NCBI GenBank assembly: GCA_045127455.1
Contig: JBGVQK010000086.1
Location: 488-64,487, forward strand
DNA length: 64,000 nucleotides
From: Eubacteriales bacterium
Lineage (GTDB): Bacteria; Bacillota; Clostridia; Oscillospirales; CAG-272
Reading direction: 5' to 3'
The first letter of the stretch is position 1. The number at the start of each line of letters is the position of its first letter. Of this stretch, positions 33,722-45,405 are shown piece by piece. Both the position numbers and the translations under genes were made by a program. Under the pieces are notes generated by a model, which did not search any database, was not told the origin of the DNA, and worked only from the letters and a program-made list of their open reading frames with translations.

Positions 33722-34366
33722 TTATATTGTTCCTTTTACAAATCTCGTAGCAATATCTCCTTGATGCTCGTCGTAGCCGCACAAGAGGACGTTTGTGTTT
33801 CCATTATCGTCGTATTCGACGACTGAAACCGAGGCGTTGGCGCAGAATTCTACGTTTTTTAGTTCCTCAGGGGGATAACCTTCCCATTTTGCACGCATCA
33901 GGCGGATGGGGGTGGCGTGCGTGAAGATTGCAAAGCATTCGCCCTTGTGTTTTTCAATCAGTCGGTCGACCTCGCTGTAGATACGCGCGCCGAGCTCCAA
34001 GGTGCTCTCACCGCCTTCGGGATGTGCGCGTCCGCAATCGGTGCGCCAAGTGGTGTAGCTTTCGGCGTATTTTTCCATCAGTTCATCATAGGAGCGCCCT
34101 TCCCATTCTCCTGCAAAGATCTCGCGGAGTTCGCGGTCGGGAGTAATGGGGAGCTCGTGCGATCTTGCCGTCGGCTCGGCAGTTTGCATCGAGCGGCAAA
34201 GATCGCTTGAATAAATGGCGCGAATGGGATAGTTTTTGAGAAAATTTGCGGTGTTTTCGGCTTGTTTGTGTCCGAGATCGGTCAAAGGAGCATCTGTGTG
34301 CCCTGCAAATACGCGTTCAAGGTTTGCAGTGCTCTGCCCGTGGCGAACAAAAATAACGGTGGTCAA
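33722..34366 (-). CDS. histidine phosphatase family protein (phosphoglycerate mutase / CobC-like)
   Basis: VIFVRHGQSTANLERVFAGHTDAPLTDLGHKQA (RHG motif) and FTHATPIR (catalytic His). Confidence 0.85.
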   Translation of the reverse strand: MTTVIFVRHGQSTANLERVFAGHTDAPLTDLGHKQAENTANFLKNYPIRAIYSSDLCRSMQTAEPTARSHELPITPDRELREIFAGEWEGRSYDELMEKYAESYTTWRTDCGRAHPEGGESTLELGARIYSEVDRLIEKHKGECFAIFTHATPIRLMRAKWEGYPPEELKNVEFCANASVSVVEYDDNGNTNVLLCGYDEHQGDIATRFVKGTI

Positions 34367-35559
34367 TTTTGTGTACCTCCTTTATTTTTCTTTCTCTTTT
34401 GCAAAAGCAAAACTGTCAAGCAGATAAGTGGGAAAATGGTTGCAAAAACGAATGCCGCGCGCAGATCCTGCCCAAAGGCGTCGGCGATTACGCCCGAAAC
34501 GTAGGGTCCCGAAAGACATCCGATATCCCCCGCAACCGCAAGGATCGCGAACATTGAAACGCCGCCGAGAGGAATGCTTGCCGCCGCGTGACTGAGTGTA
34601 CCGGGCCAAAAAACGCCCACACTAAATCCGCAAAGTGCGCATCCAACAAGTGCAAAAATCGGGTGCGGTGCAAACGCCGCCATAAGGTAAGACGTTGCGC
34701 ATCCAATACATCCCCACACCATCCATTTTGTCAAATCTACGCGGCTCGAAAATCTGCCGTAAAGCAGGCGCGCGATCCCCATCATAACAGCAAACATACA
34801 GGGGCCGAGCAGGTCGCCGAGTGTTTTGTCAATGCCGAGGGCGGATTCTACAAAAGCAGACGCCCATTGGCTCATCACCATCTCCCCCGCTCCCGCGCAG
34901 TACATCATCAAAAAGAAAACGAGAAAGAGAGGCGTGCGGAAGAGTCTGCCTACGGGAGATTTTTCCCCTTCCTCGGTTGGAAGATTATAAATAGGAACGA
35001 TGCCAAACGCAACCGCTCCCGCAAGCGGGATGATCGCCCAAAGCACAGGCAGATAGTACCACGATGTGGAAATTTCAAAAAAGTAGAAATAGATGCCCGA
35101 AAGGAGCACGACGCTCGCCTGCCCCCAACAGTAAAAGGAGTGGAGCAGGCTCATATTGCCCGATTTTTCATCGGTTGGGCAAGCCTCCATCAAGGGGCTA
35201 ATGATGACCTCGGTAAAACCACCGCCAAGACCCAAAATCGCTTCTGCCAAAAGTAGTCCTGCCAAGGGTGGCATCAGTTTTGGAAAAAGAGCGAGACCGA
35301 CAAGTCCCGAAGCGGCAAAAATATGTGCCAAAATTGCCATTGCACGCAAATTGAGGCGGTTGGCAAAGTTGGATGCAAGAACGTCCACCAAAATTTGCGT
35401 GGCAAAATTGACGGCAATGAGGAGCCCGACCTGCGTAACCGAAAGAGAGAATTCACGCTGAAAGGTCAGGTACAGAAGTGGAGCTAAATTGATGCAAATG
35501 GCTTGCGTGATATAGCCGTTATAGCAAGCCAAAATGGTTGAGCGATGGGATAATTTCAT
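34363..35559 (-). CDS. MFS transporter
   Basis: About 12 hydrophobic segments, 398 aa, 4-nt overlap with the phosphatase gene. Confidence 0.8.
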   Translation of the reverse strand: MKLSHRSTILACYNGYITQAICINLAPLLYLTFQREFSLSVTQVGLLIAVNFATQILVDVLASNFANRLNLRAMAILAHIFAASGLVGLALFPKLMPPLAGLLLAEAILGLGGGFTEVIISPLMEACPTDEKSGNMSLLHSFYCWGQASVVLLSGIYFYFFEISTSWYYLPVLWAIIPLAGAVAFGIVPIYNLPTEEGEKSPVGRLFRTPLFLVFFLMMYCAGAGEMVMSQWASAFVESALGIDKTLGDLLGPCMFAVMMGIARLLYGRFSSRVDLTKWMVWGCIGCATSYLMAAFAPHPIFALVGCALCGFSVGVFWPGTLSHAAASIPLGGVSMFAILAVAGDIGCLSGPYVSGVIADAFGQDLRAAFVFATIFPLICLTVLLLQKRKKNKGGTQN

Positions 35560-35812
35560 AATGCTTTCCTTATTATTGTAGTGCTACGCAGATTATAACA
35601 CAAAATGCTCTTTTTGTAAAGTCCAATCCTCTTTTTTCTCGAATTTTCGACAGAATGACAAAATTTTCTTTGTTCCATTTTGTCGTTTTTTGGAAGTACG
35701 ACATAAATGTCTATCTATTTTATGAACAAAAAAGGCCCCTTATTTTGCCCATAAATTTTATGCTATATGCGTTTTCACGAATTTTTTGCTATTTTTTCGT
35801 CACAATTGATAC

Positions 35813-35841
35813 TTTACAAACGCAAAAAAAGGTGGTATAAT
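35813..35841 (+). promoter_or_regulatory. sigma-A promoter with extended -10, about 215 nt upstream of eno
   Basis: TTTACA (35813-35818), 17 nt, TGgTATAAT (-10 at 35836-35841). Confidence 0.6.
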
Positions 35842-35847
35842 ATATGA

Positions 35848-37380
<1,533 letters not shown>

Positions 37381-37398
37381 GATCCGCTTTCAAACAAT

Positions 37399-37435
37399 AA
37401 AAACCTGCCAAAAATCAATGTTTTGGCAGGTTTTT
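37399..37435. terminator. bidirectional terminator between eno and radC
   Basis: 15-bp stem aaaaacctgccaaaa / ttttggcaggttttt. The last codons of radC lie inside the stem. Confidence 0.75.
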
Positions 37436-38254
37436 ATTATTTTTTTCGTTTTTTGCCCTCTTTTTGGCGTCTGCCACCTCAAAAGGATCGCAAATAATAC
37501 AATCCTCGTCCTCTATCTTCAAAAATTGATCAAGGTCTACAAGGAAGGACTTTTGTGCTGCTATATCGGAGTTTGATACGTTAGCTTGCAAACGGCAATG
37601 CGATTTCATCGTGCAGGCATAGCGGTTTTCGGCAAATACCAAATGCTCAAGCAGGGGAATACTGATCATTCCCAGCATATCCGCCGCACGGACGGTGAGA
37701 TCGATGTCAGCATCGGACGGTACCGCCATTCCGTGCGGATGGTTGTGCGCAAGGATGACGCAGGAAGCTTTTTTGAACAGCGCCTTCTCAAGGATCAAGC
37801 GCAATGGGATCTCCGTACTGTTAATGGCACCTGTGGTGAGGAGTGCAGAATCTATCATTTCCATTCCGTTATTAAAAAGGAAGAGATAGAGCTGCTCACT
37901 TGTAGAGCCTACAAAACACGTGTGTGCAAACTCGGCTACCTCGCGGATATGCATAAAGCGCTTGCGGCTTTGCATGACCGCCTTGGTGTAACGGCGTGCG
38001 GATTCACGAATGAGCTGCATCAGCACTGCGCTGTGCAATCCTATACCGTCAATTTCGGTAAGCTCCTCTATCGTCGCCTCAAACACATTGTCGATACGGC
38101 CAAAGCGTTCCAAGAGAAGATGTGCCGTCTCGTTGGTATCACATCTCGGCTTGGAATAATAGAGTAGCATTTCCAAAACCTCGTGGTCGGCGAAAGATGC
38201 AAAGCCTGTTCTTTGGCACCTTTCTATCATTCTTTGTCTGTGATTTTCGTGCAT
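37415..38254 (-). CDS. radC: RadC-family JAB/MPN domain protein
   Basis: N-terminal HhH region (ELTEIDGIGLHSA) and JAMM motif VILAHNHPHGMAVPSDADIDLT, plus about 60 extra C-terminal residues. Confidence 0.8.
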   Translation of the reverse strand: MHENHRQRMIERCQRTGFASFADHEVLEMLLYYSKPRCDTNETAHLLLERFGRIDNVFEATIEELTEIDGIGLHSAVLMQLIRESARRYTKAVMQSRKRFMHIREVAEFAHTCFVGSTSEQLYLFLFNNGMEMIDSALLTTGAINSTEIPLRLILEKALFKKASCVILAHNHPHGMAVPSDADIDLTVRAADMLGMISIPLLEHLVFAENRYACTMKSHCRLQANVSNSDIAAQKSFLVDLDQFLKIEDEDCIICDPFEVADAKKRAKNEKNNKNLPKH

Positions 38255-38272
38255 ACTCTGCCCTACCTTAAC

Positions 38273-39088
38273 TTACTTGCGTTTCAGCTTACCGACCACC
38301 AAGCCCTTGCACTGAACGTCGGCAAAGTCCTTGAGAAGAATCGGGCCGTAATTCGGATTGAGTGAGATCAGACGGTCGCCACCAAACACCTTGAAGAAGC
38401 CGCAGCCATCTAAGAGGAAGATGCCAAGCTCGCCAACGTCAATGCTGTCGGCGTGACGAACAAGAAGAATATCGCCATCGCGATATTTGGGTTCCATACT
38501 GTTGCCGCTGATGCGCAGAGCATAGTCTGCCTCGGCGGTTTTATCGTTATCGGGAATATTGATGCTTTCTGCCTCTGCCTCGTCAAGATAGACACCGACA
38601 CCGGCGGATACGGGCAGATCGTAAAGCATAATGGCACGCTTGCCTGTGCGAACGACCTCACCTGCATAGCGGCCTTGCGGACGCATGGTGGGCAGGATGC
38701 GCGCGGTGGCTCTCTCGTTGTTTGCAGGGGCGGCTTGCGATGCCGTGGCAGCGGTTGCTGCGGCGCGTTGTGCCTCCTTAAAAATAACGGTTTCAACCAG
38801 ATCACGACCATAGGAATCAAGCTCGCGATAAGACTCGATCATGCGGATCTCTTCCCCACTCAAGCTGTAATTATTCGTGTTCTCGGGCGTGCCGCTGACG
38901 ATATATTCGACCGAACAGTCAAGCGCGTTGCAAATAGCAATGATATTGGAAAGCTTAGGCGAATCGCTCATGCCTGCCAGGATCTTGCTCAAGGTTCCAA
39001 GCGGAATTCCCGTACGCTCGGAGAGTTGATCGTTGGTCATCTTTTTTTTATTCTTTATAAGTTTAATTCTATCCAGATAAGACTCCAT
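38273..39088 (-). CDS. XRE-family HTH + S24 (LexA-like) peptidase repressor
   Basis: MTNDQLSERTGIPLGTLSKILAG (HTH) and ALRISGNSMEPKYRDGDILLV (S24 Ser) with an Ala/Thr-rich linker. Confidence 0.8.
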   Translation of the reverse strand: MESYLDRIKLIKNKKKMTNDQLSERTGIPLGTLSKILAGMSDSPKLSNIIAICNALDCSVEYIVSGTPENTNNYSLSGEEIRMIESYRELDSYGRDLVETVIFKEAQRAAATAATASQAAPANNERATARILPTMRPQGRYAGEVVRTGKRAIMLYDLPVSAGVGVYLDEAEAESINIPDNDKTAEADYALRISGNSMEPKYRDGDILLVRHADSIDVGELGIFLLDGCGFFKVFGGDRLISLNPNYGPILLKDFADVQCKGLVVGKLKRK

Positions 39089-39187
39089 AACAGCCTCCTT
39101 TTTCCGTTTACGGTATTATTATAGCACGGTTTTTCCGTTTTGTAAAGAGTTTTTTGAAAAAATTTTTCTTTTTTTGGAAAAAAGGTA

Positions 39188-39216
39188 TTGACAAATGCCA
39201 AATTATCTGTTATAAT
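39188..39216 (+). promoter_or_regulatory. sigma-A promoter with extended -10
   Basis: TTGACA (39188-39193), 17 nt, TGtTATAAT (-10 at 39211-39216). Confidence 0.65.
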
Positions 39217-39258
39217 AGCCTCACAAGAGTTCCATTTTTGGATTTAGAGAGGTGCAAA

Positions 39259-39576
39259 ATGAACATTTCTTATCAAAACAACGAGCGAGTTTATTCCAAT
39301 AACGATATTTTTGCAGATTATTTCAACGCCGGTGCAAGACCTTCCAAAATGAGAAAAGCGGCTGATGCTTGCCTCGCCGCTCTCTCTATGATCATCGCAT
39401 TTTTTACCGCTGCCCGCACTCGCACAGTTGCACGCGCTACGGGCTTTGGCTTGTGTCTTGTCTCCTTTATTGGCATTATCGGCGCAATGGAAGCCGGTGC
39501 TATCAGTCTTGGCTTCGGTCTTGTTTTGGGCGCTGCCCTGCTTGGCATCGAGGTGCTTTGCCTGCGCCGTCAATAA
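39259..39576 (+). CDS. small membrane protein (105 aa), unknown function
   Basis: ATG 39259 follows GAGAGGTGCAAA. Two to three hydrophobic segments. The track ORF starts upstream of the promoter. Confidence 0.55.
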   Translation: MNISYQNNERVYSNNDIFADYFNAGARPSKMRKAADACLAALSMIIAFFTAARTRTVARATGFGLCLVSFIGIIGAMEAGAISLGFGLVLGAALLGIEVLCLRRQ

Positions 39577-40616
39577 GCTGAGATCACCTTGGCAAAAGCC
39601 TCCCCCGCAAGGGTGGCAGCCGCTATTGCTTCCTCTATCGAATTGGCTCCCGTTCCGATCTCCAAAAGGATCGCGAAGGGGGCCATTTCTTGATTGTAAG
39701 CTCCCTTTTTTATCATAACCGGACGGCACAGTGCACTCTCGTTTTGATTAAGCTCTTGGCGGAGCTGCAGGGCGAGTGCAAGGTTTCCTTCCCACGCGTC
39801 GTGTGTCCCTCCCCCGGCATTGCTGCCGACCACGGGGAGAATTTGGGCGATGCCCTTTCCGTCAACCTCCGTGGCGGTGCGGACATATTCTCCCTCGGTG
39901 GTGAGAATGGCATCGCGGTGCAGATCCACCACATACCGAATGCTTGGATAATGCTCGAGAAAGAACCGAATACTCTGAGCGGCGCGCCCATAGGAGCCTG
40001 CGAGCCCCGACTCATCGTGCATCACCGTGCAATGAATTGCGGTGATGCCGTTTTTGTTCAGAGCGGAAACAAATGCCTTGCCGACTGCCAGCATATTTCG
40101 CTCTTGCTCCTGTGTATAAGTAATTTCACCGAGGTCGCCCTCAAGATAAGTGGCGCTTTGGGAAAGATACCCCTCGCTTGTGTGGGTATGCAAGACCAGA
40201 ACCAACGGCTCCTCTGCTATTGGCATTGTAACGTCGACCTCAAGAAGCGCATTCACGTTTGGGGTATAAGGGGTTTGGTTATTGAGATACCCGATCCCCT
40301 GCCCGAGATGAGAAAGGTCGTATGTGATGATAGGGGTAGCCCCCTCGGGAATAACGATCGGCTCGGGGGCTGGCGGCTCGTTTGGCACAAGCATCGGCAG
40401 AGTGGTATTCTCTTCGGGGCGGGCGGGATCGTCTCCTTTTGAAAACCAAGCTCCGTTTGAATCTCGCCAGAGCGCAGTGATGGCAAAGCCCGCAATAAAA
40501 AGTGCCGCACAGATCAAAAACGCACCAAAATGTCTCGATTTCCCAAAAGGCTTTGGAGAAAGCGGAATATGCGCCCTTGCTGCAGGGGCATTGGAAAGAA
40601 CGGGATGACGCTCCAT
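39570..40616 (-). CDS. spoIIP: stage II sporulation protein P
   Basis: One TM, then VLVLHTHTSEGY and YVVDLHRDAI motifs typical of SpoIIP. Adjacent to gpr, as in other endospore formers. Confidence 0.85.
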   Translation of the reverse strand: MERHPVLSNAPAARAHIPLSPKPFGKSRHFGAFLICAALFIAGFAITALWRDSNGAWFSKGDDPARPEENTTLPMLVPNEPPAPEPIVIPEGATPIITYDLSHLGQGIGYLNNQTPYTPNVNALLEVDVTMPIAEEPLVLVLHTHTSEGYLSQSATYLEGDLGEITYTQEQERNMLAVGKAFVSALNKNGITAIHCTVMHDESGLAGSYGRAAQSIRFFLEHYPSIRYVVDLHRDAILTTEGEYVRTATEVDGKGIAQILPVVGSNAGGGTHDAWEGNLALALQLRQELNQNESALCRPVMIKKGAYNQEMAPFAILLEIGTGANSIEEAIAAATLAGEAFAKVISAY

Positions 40617-40670
40617 AGTATGTCCTCCTTTGTGTGATCATCATCCCATTGTATGCTGCATGGGTGCGAC

Positions 40671-41573
40671 TTATTCCATCTCCATCAAGCCCTCGGTAAA
40701 GGCAAGACCGATTGCGCGTGCAAAAAGCTCTGCCACGCTCTCGCAAATCAGGTCACTCTCCTTTGGAGAGACGAAAAAGCTCTTTCCGCGCTCCAAAACG
40801 TCCTTCAAGCGAGGATCGTCCCCATCCATTCCCGCCTCGTTGATGGCATCCCACACAAGCGTTGCCGAATTGACGACGGTTGGAACACCAAGGGCGATGA
40901 CGGGAACGCCCATGCTTTTGTAGGTGATAGCGCGGCGGTGATTGCCAACACCCGACCCTGGCTCGATGCCGGTGTCGGAGAGCTGAACCGTTGCGCAAAG
41001 TCGATCGCAGCTACGTGCGGTGAGTGCATCTATGACAAGAATGACGTCGGGGTGTGTGGTATTCACCGCCCCGCGCAAAAGCTCCGAGGTCTCAATTCCG
41101 GTTTGCCCAAGCACCCCCGGAGCCAGAGCCGACAATGCCGAGCATCCCGCAGCGCGGTAAAGCTCCCCCTCATATTGGCGCAAATGTCTTGTTGCCGTCA
41201 AGCGCCGCATGGTTTGCGGACCAATGGCATCGGGGGTGAGGTCGGCATTGCCGAGCCCTGCCACAAAGACCGAAAGGTTGGAATTGACCGCCTTATTCGT
41301 CAGCCGCTGCACCGTTCCGCGCAGCTCACCTGCAAGCAGGTGAGAAAGGGCTTGGCGGTCGCTCGCACTCAAGCGATCAATGCGTCCGCACTCCACCGTT
41401 AAATACCTTCCGCAGGGCTTTCCAAGCCTTTGTGCCGCCTCTTTTGTGCTGATGATAAGCTCGCTGATGGCAAAGCCTGCAGCCTCTCTCGTCTTCCATT
41501 CAGCACCGCTACAAAGCGATCTTCCCTCTCCTGTGATCTCGCATGCAAGATCGCTTCTTTCAATGCCGTTCAT
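40671..41573 (-). CDS. gpr: germination protease (GPR endopeptidase)
   Basis: VAGLGNADLTPDAIGPQT, VIDALTARS, PVIALGVPTVV. Confidence 0.88.
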   Translation of the reverse strand: MNGIERSDLACEITGEGRSLCSGAEWKTREAAGFAISELIISTKEAAQRLGKPCGRYLTVECGRIDRLSASDRQALSHLLAGELRGTVQRLTNKAVNSNLSVFVAGLGNADLTPDAIGPQTMRRLTATRHLRQYEGELYRAAGCSALSALAPGVLGQTGIETSELLRGAVNTTHPDVILVIDALTARSCDRLCATVQLSDTGIEPGSGVGNHRRAITYKSMGVPVIALGVPTVVNSATLVWDAINEAGMDGDDPRLKDVLERGKSFFVSPKESDLICESVAELFARAIGLAFTEGLMEME

Positions 41574-41750
41574 TTTTTACTCCCCTTTATCGCCTTTTTA
41601 TACTTAATTTACCTAAAAAATTAACAAAATATACATTAAAAATGCCAAAAAACTATTGAAAAACAGTACGAAATAGTATATAATATAAGGGTATATTGCG
41701 TGCCATAGGCACGAAGGTTCTATTTTCTTTCAAAAGAGGAGGTTTTTACC

Positions 41751-43946
41751 ATGCTCAAAAAAATCATTGCACTCCTTTTATGTGTATTGATGATGATCCC
41801 CTTCTTCTCTTCCTGCTCTAAGCGAGACGAGAATGATATGGGTCCTATGATCACCATGTATTTGACTGATGAAATCTACAACTTTGACCCCTTCTATGCG
41901 TACTACAACTCCAGCACGCTGAATATTGTCAGCCTCTTGTTTGAGACGCTGTTTAAGTTGGATGAGAACGGTGTCGTTCAAAAAGCATTGGTCGACGAAT
42001 ATGAGTACATCGAGGATCCAGAAAACGATACTTATAAAATGGTAATGACTCTTAAGGATACCTGCTGGAGCAACAAGGACCCCATTACGACCGATAACGT
42101 AATGTATACCTGGAAACGCTTGCTCAACGCAAACAACAGCTTTGAGGGTGCTTCTCTTTTGTTCGACATTAAAAATGCCCGTGCAGTAAAGGAAGGTAAC
42201 GTTACCATTGACGACCTTGGCGTTGAGGCAAACTCCTCGAAGATGCTCACCGTTTATTTTGAAGGTCCCGTTGATCTTGACGCATTCCTTTTGAACCTGA
42301 CAAGCGTACTGACCGCTCCCCTGCCCGAGAGCCACATCGAAAAGGATGCTGACTGGGCAAAGAAGGGCTCTACCATGATCTGCAGCGGTCCCTTTAAGCT
42401 TGGTAAGACTCGCTACGTAAATGTTGATGCTGACAACAACATTGTTGATAAGCTTGATCCCAACAAGGCGGTTGTAAGAGACGACTATGCTCTTGACGAA
42501 TGGGGCAATATTACAAAGGCTACCTACTCCGACGTTAAAAAGCTTTCTTACTTTGTTCTTGAGCGCAACAACTACTACTATCGCAACCCCGAAGAGGATA
42601 AGATCGACAAATCGGTCATACCGCACCGCTTGCTGGTCAACTGCCGTATGACCGCAGAGGAGATCGAATCCGAATTCCAAAACAATAAGATCTTCTACAT
42701 TGGTAACATTCCCTGTGCTATGCGTTCCAACAGCGGCAGCACCGTTATGCAGAACGTAAAAACCGCAGATTCGATGTCTACCTTCTCGCTCTACCTCAAC
42801 GAAAACGCTCTTATCAGCAACAGTGCAGGTGAAAGCACTAAGCTGTTTGCAATCAAGGAAGTGCGCCAAGCCCTCTCCCTTGTTATTGACCGTACCGCAA
42901 TTGCAAATGCCGTTGTATTTGCAACCCCCGCAACCGCTTTTGTTCCCAACGGTGTGTTTGAGGCTGGTGCCAGCCAAAAGAAGCTCTTCTCGACCACGGA
43001 AGCTGAAAAGTTCCGCGATCACGCAACCAACCAGCCGCTTGCATCCTCTGCAAACCTTGCCGCTGCTCAGGAGCTCCTCACCACCGCAGGCATCAATGCC
43101 GCTGATTATTCCTTCACCATCAACGTTGCAAGCTATGATGACGTTAACATTGTGGCTACCAATATGATTGCGGAAGCTTGGCGTCAGCTCGACTTTAACG
43201 TAACCGTTAATTTGGTTCAAACCATTCAAAACAACGATATTTTGAAGGCGATCGCAAACGAAAAGGAAAACAAAATGACCGATATTTGCGACGACTTGTT
43301 TGTTGAGTCCATCACTCGTGCAACCTTTGAGGTCGTTGCATTTGACTACACTGCATTCTCCCCCGATGCTTACTCTGTTCTCTCCAGCTTTGCAAAATCT
43401 TTTGCAGGTATGGCAGTTGATATGAGATCTGATGACTATGCTCTCGCTCCTCACCGCACGGGATATGACAGCGAAGAATACAACAACCTGATTGAAGCAG
43501 TTTACTACGTTCCCTACTTTGCAAGTCTTGACCGCGAAAACGACAGCGACTTCCTCGGTATTTATGAAACAAAGGAAGACTTCCAGGCTGTTTACGATAC
43601 CGTAAAGGCTATTTACGAGGCAAACGGCATTACTCCCACCACCAATAAGGACGAATGGAAAACGCAAAAGGCAAAGCTTTTGCACAAGGCTGAAGAGCTG
43701 ATCCTTTCCGATCTGCCCATCATTCCCGTTCTCTTCAATCAACACGCAGCTTCCTACAGTGAGGATTACTTGACCGATCTGACCTCTGACTATTACGTTC
43801 CCAACCTCTTTACCCAGGCTATGCTCGAGGATTACCTGCAATACACCTACATCAGCAAGCAGGGTAAGCTCACTTCCATTTTTGCAAACTTCCCTGACGT
43901 TGAGTGGGAAAAAGCCGGCTATGACTACTCCGGCGGTGTGCAATAA
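41751..43946 (+). CDS. family-5 (OppA/DppA-like) ABC substrate-binding lipoprotein, orphan
   Basis: Lipobox PFFSSC. 731 aa with family-5 SBP features (TMYLTDEIYNFDP, LVDEYEY). No permease or ATPase genes adjacent. Confidence 0.75.
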   Translation: MLKKIIALLLCVLMMIPFFSSCSKRDENDMGPMITMYLTDEIYNFDPFYAYYNSSTLNIVSLLFETLFKLDENGVVQKALVDEYEYIEDPENDTYKMVMTLKDTCWSNKDPITTDNVMYTWKRLLNANNSFEGASLLFDIKNARAVKEGNVTIDDLGVEANSSKMLTVYFEGPVDLDAFLLNLTSVLTAPLPESHIEKDADWAKKGSTMICSGPFKLGKTRYVNVDADNNIVDKLDPNKAVVRDDYALDEWGNITKATYSDVKKLSYFVLERNNYYYRNPEEDKIDKSVIPHRLLVNCRMTAEEIESEFQNNKIFYIGNIPCAMRSNSGSTVMQNVKTADSMSTFSLYLNENALISNSAGESTKLFAIKEVRQALSLVIDRTAIANAVVFATPATAFVPNGVFEAGASQKKLFSTTEAEKFRDHATNQPLASSANLAAAQELLTTAGINAADYSFTINVASYDDVNIVATNMIAEAWRQLDFNVTVNLVQTIQNNDILKAIANEKENKMTDICDDLFVESITRATFEVVAFDYTAFSPDAYSVLSSFAKSFAGMAVDMRSDDYALAPHRTGYDSEEYNNLIEAVYYVPYFASLDRENDSDFLGIYETKEDFQAVYDTVKAIYEANGITPTTNKDEWKTQKAKLLHKAEELILSDLPIIPVLFNQHAASYSEDYLTDLTSDYYVPNLFTQAMLEDYLQYTYISKQGKLTSIFANFPDVEWEKAGYDYSGGVQ

Positions 43947-43970
43947 TTGAAGTTTTAAAATTACAACATC

Positions 43971-43999
43971 GAAATCCGCCGAAAATTTCGGCGGATTTC
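43971..43999 (+). terminator. terminator after the OppA-like gene
   Basis: gaaatccgccga / tcggcggatttc stem with a T-rich tail. Confidence 0.6.
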
Positions 44000-44043
44000 T
44001 TCAATTATTATAATAAATATCTCTTATTTTTTCGAAAAATCTC

Positions 44044-44072
44044 TTGCAAAAGGCAAAAAAGTGTGATATAAT
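44044..44072 (+). promoter_or_regulatory. sigma-A promoter of the pheST leader
   Basis: TTGCAA, 17 nt, TGaTATAAT. Confidence 0.65.
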
Positions 44073-44078
44073 GTCATA

Positions 44079-44331
44079 CAGAATGCGATGATAAAGTTCG
44101 CCAACTTGAGTTGTAGATTTTTACAGAGAGTGCCACGGGGCTGAGAGTGGCGCATGATCTTTGAGTTGTGCATTTCCCTTTGGAGCAGATTGGGCTAACG
44201 CGTATGCTTGTAACCCAGTACGGTAAGGCACCGTTATCGCCTATCAGAGTGTTGGCTTTGAGCCGAAAATTCGGGTGGTACCGCGGTGTGCATTTTGCGC
44301 CTCGTCCTGATGTTGGGACGGCGCTTTTTTT
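44079..44331 (+). promoter_or_regulatory. T-box riboswitch leader (presumably tRNA-Phe responsive)
   Basis: AGAGAG bay plus GGGGCTGAGA distal loop. T-box sequence AAATTCGGGTGGTACCGCG (44267-44285). Terminator gcgcctcgtcc / gggacggcgc (44297-44324) with T7. Located directly upstream of pheS. Confidence 0.85.
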
Positions 44332-44378
44332 GTTGCCTCCCTAAGTTTGTAATCATTTTGAAAGGAAGATATATTAAA

Positions 44379-45392
44379 ATGAAAGAAAAGCTTTCAAAAA
44401 TTCAAGTGGAAGCGCTCGGGCAGATCAATTCTCCTGACGCAAATCTTGAGGAGATCAAGATCAAATATCTTGGTAAAAAAGGTGAACTGACCGCCGTTTT
44501 GCGCGGTATGGGTGCACTTTCCCCCGAGGAACGACCCATTGTTGGTCAGCTGGCTAACGAGGTTCGCGAAGCAATTGAAGCTGCGCTGAACGCAAAAAAG
44601 ACCGAGCAGCAGGCAAAGGCTCTTGAGGCTCAGCTCAAGGCAGAAAAGCTTGACGTTACCATGCCTGGCACTCCTGCACCCGTAGGTCACATCCATCCCC
44701 TGACCCGCGCACAAAGAGAGCTTGAGGACATCTTTATCGGCATGGGCTTCTCGATTGCAGAAGGTCCCGAGGTTGAGCTTGACTACTACAACTTCCAAGC
44801 ACTCAACATTCCCGAAAATCATCCCGCGCGCGACACGCAGGATACCTTCTATATTACCGACAACATTCTGCTCCGCTCGCAGACCTCTCCCGTTCAGGTT
44901 CGCGTTATGGAGCATCAAAAGCCCCCCATCCGCATCATTTCTCCCGGTCGCGTTTACCGCTCCGACGCACTTGATGCAACGCACTCTCCCCTCTTCCATC
45001 AGCTTGAAGGTCTTGTAATTGACAAGGGCATCACGATGGGAGATTTGAAGGGTACGCTTGAGGTATTTGCAAAGAAGATGTTTGGTGATAGCACGCAAAT
45101 TCGTTTCCGTCCTCACCACTTCCCCTTCACTGAGCCCTCTGCAGAGGTTGACGTTTCCTGCTTTGTTTGTGGTGGCAAGGGCTGCCGTTTGTGCAAGGGC
45201 GAGGGTTGGATTGAAATTCTCGGTGCCGGCATGGTGCACCCCTTCGTGCTCTCCAACTGCGGCATTGACCCCGAAGAATACTCCGGTTTTGCATTCGGTC
45301 TTGGCATTGAGCGTATCACTATGGCAAGATACGGAATTGACGACATTCGCCTCTTCTATGAAAACGACGAGCGTTTTCTGGAACAGTTCTGA
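44379..45392 (+). CDS. pheS: phenylalanine--tRNA ligase alpha subunit
   Basis: [46 protein letters not shown] 44379 follows GAAAGGAAG. Confidence 0.95.
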   Translation: MKEKLSKIQVEALGQINSPDANLEEIKIKYLGKKGELTAVLRGMGALSPEERPIVGQLANEVREAIEAALNAKKTEQQAKALEAQLKAEKLDVTMPGTPAPVGHIHPLTRAQRELEDIFIGMGFSIAEGPEVELDYYNFQALNIPENHPARDTQDTFYITDNILLRSQTSPVQVRVMEHQKPPIRIISPGRVYRSDALDATHSPLFHQLEGLVIDKGITMGDLKGTLEVFAKKMFGDSTQIRFRPHHFPFTEPSAEVDVSCFVCGGKGCRLCKGEGWIEILGAGMVHPFVLSNCGIDPEEYSGFAFGLGIERITMARYGIDDIRLFYENDERFLEQF

Positions 45393-45405
45393 TAGGAGGT
45401 AAAGT

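Noticed and set aside
35655-35840. 61-aa ORF upstream of eno
   Set aside because: It is AT-rich and hydrophobic low-complexity sequence with no RBS, and it ends inside the -10 box of the leader promoter.
41778-43943. 721-aa minus-strand ORF
   Set aside because: It is the mirror ORF of the OppA-like lipoprotein gene, which has an RBS, a lipobox and family-5 SBP features.
44173-44176. Assignment of the T-box specifier codon (TTT/TTC in gcaTTTCCC)
   Set aside because: I could not fold Stem I confidently by eye. Phe specificity is inferred only from the downstream pheST genes.
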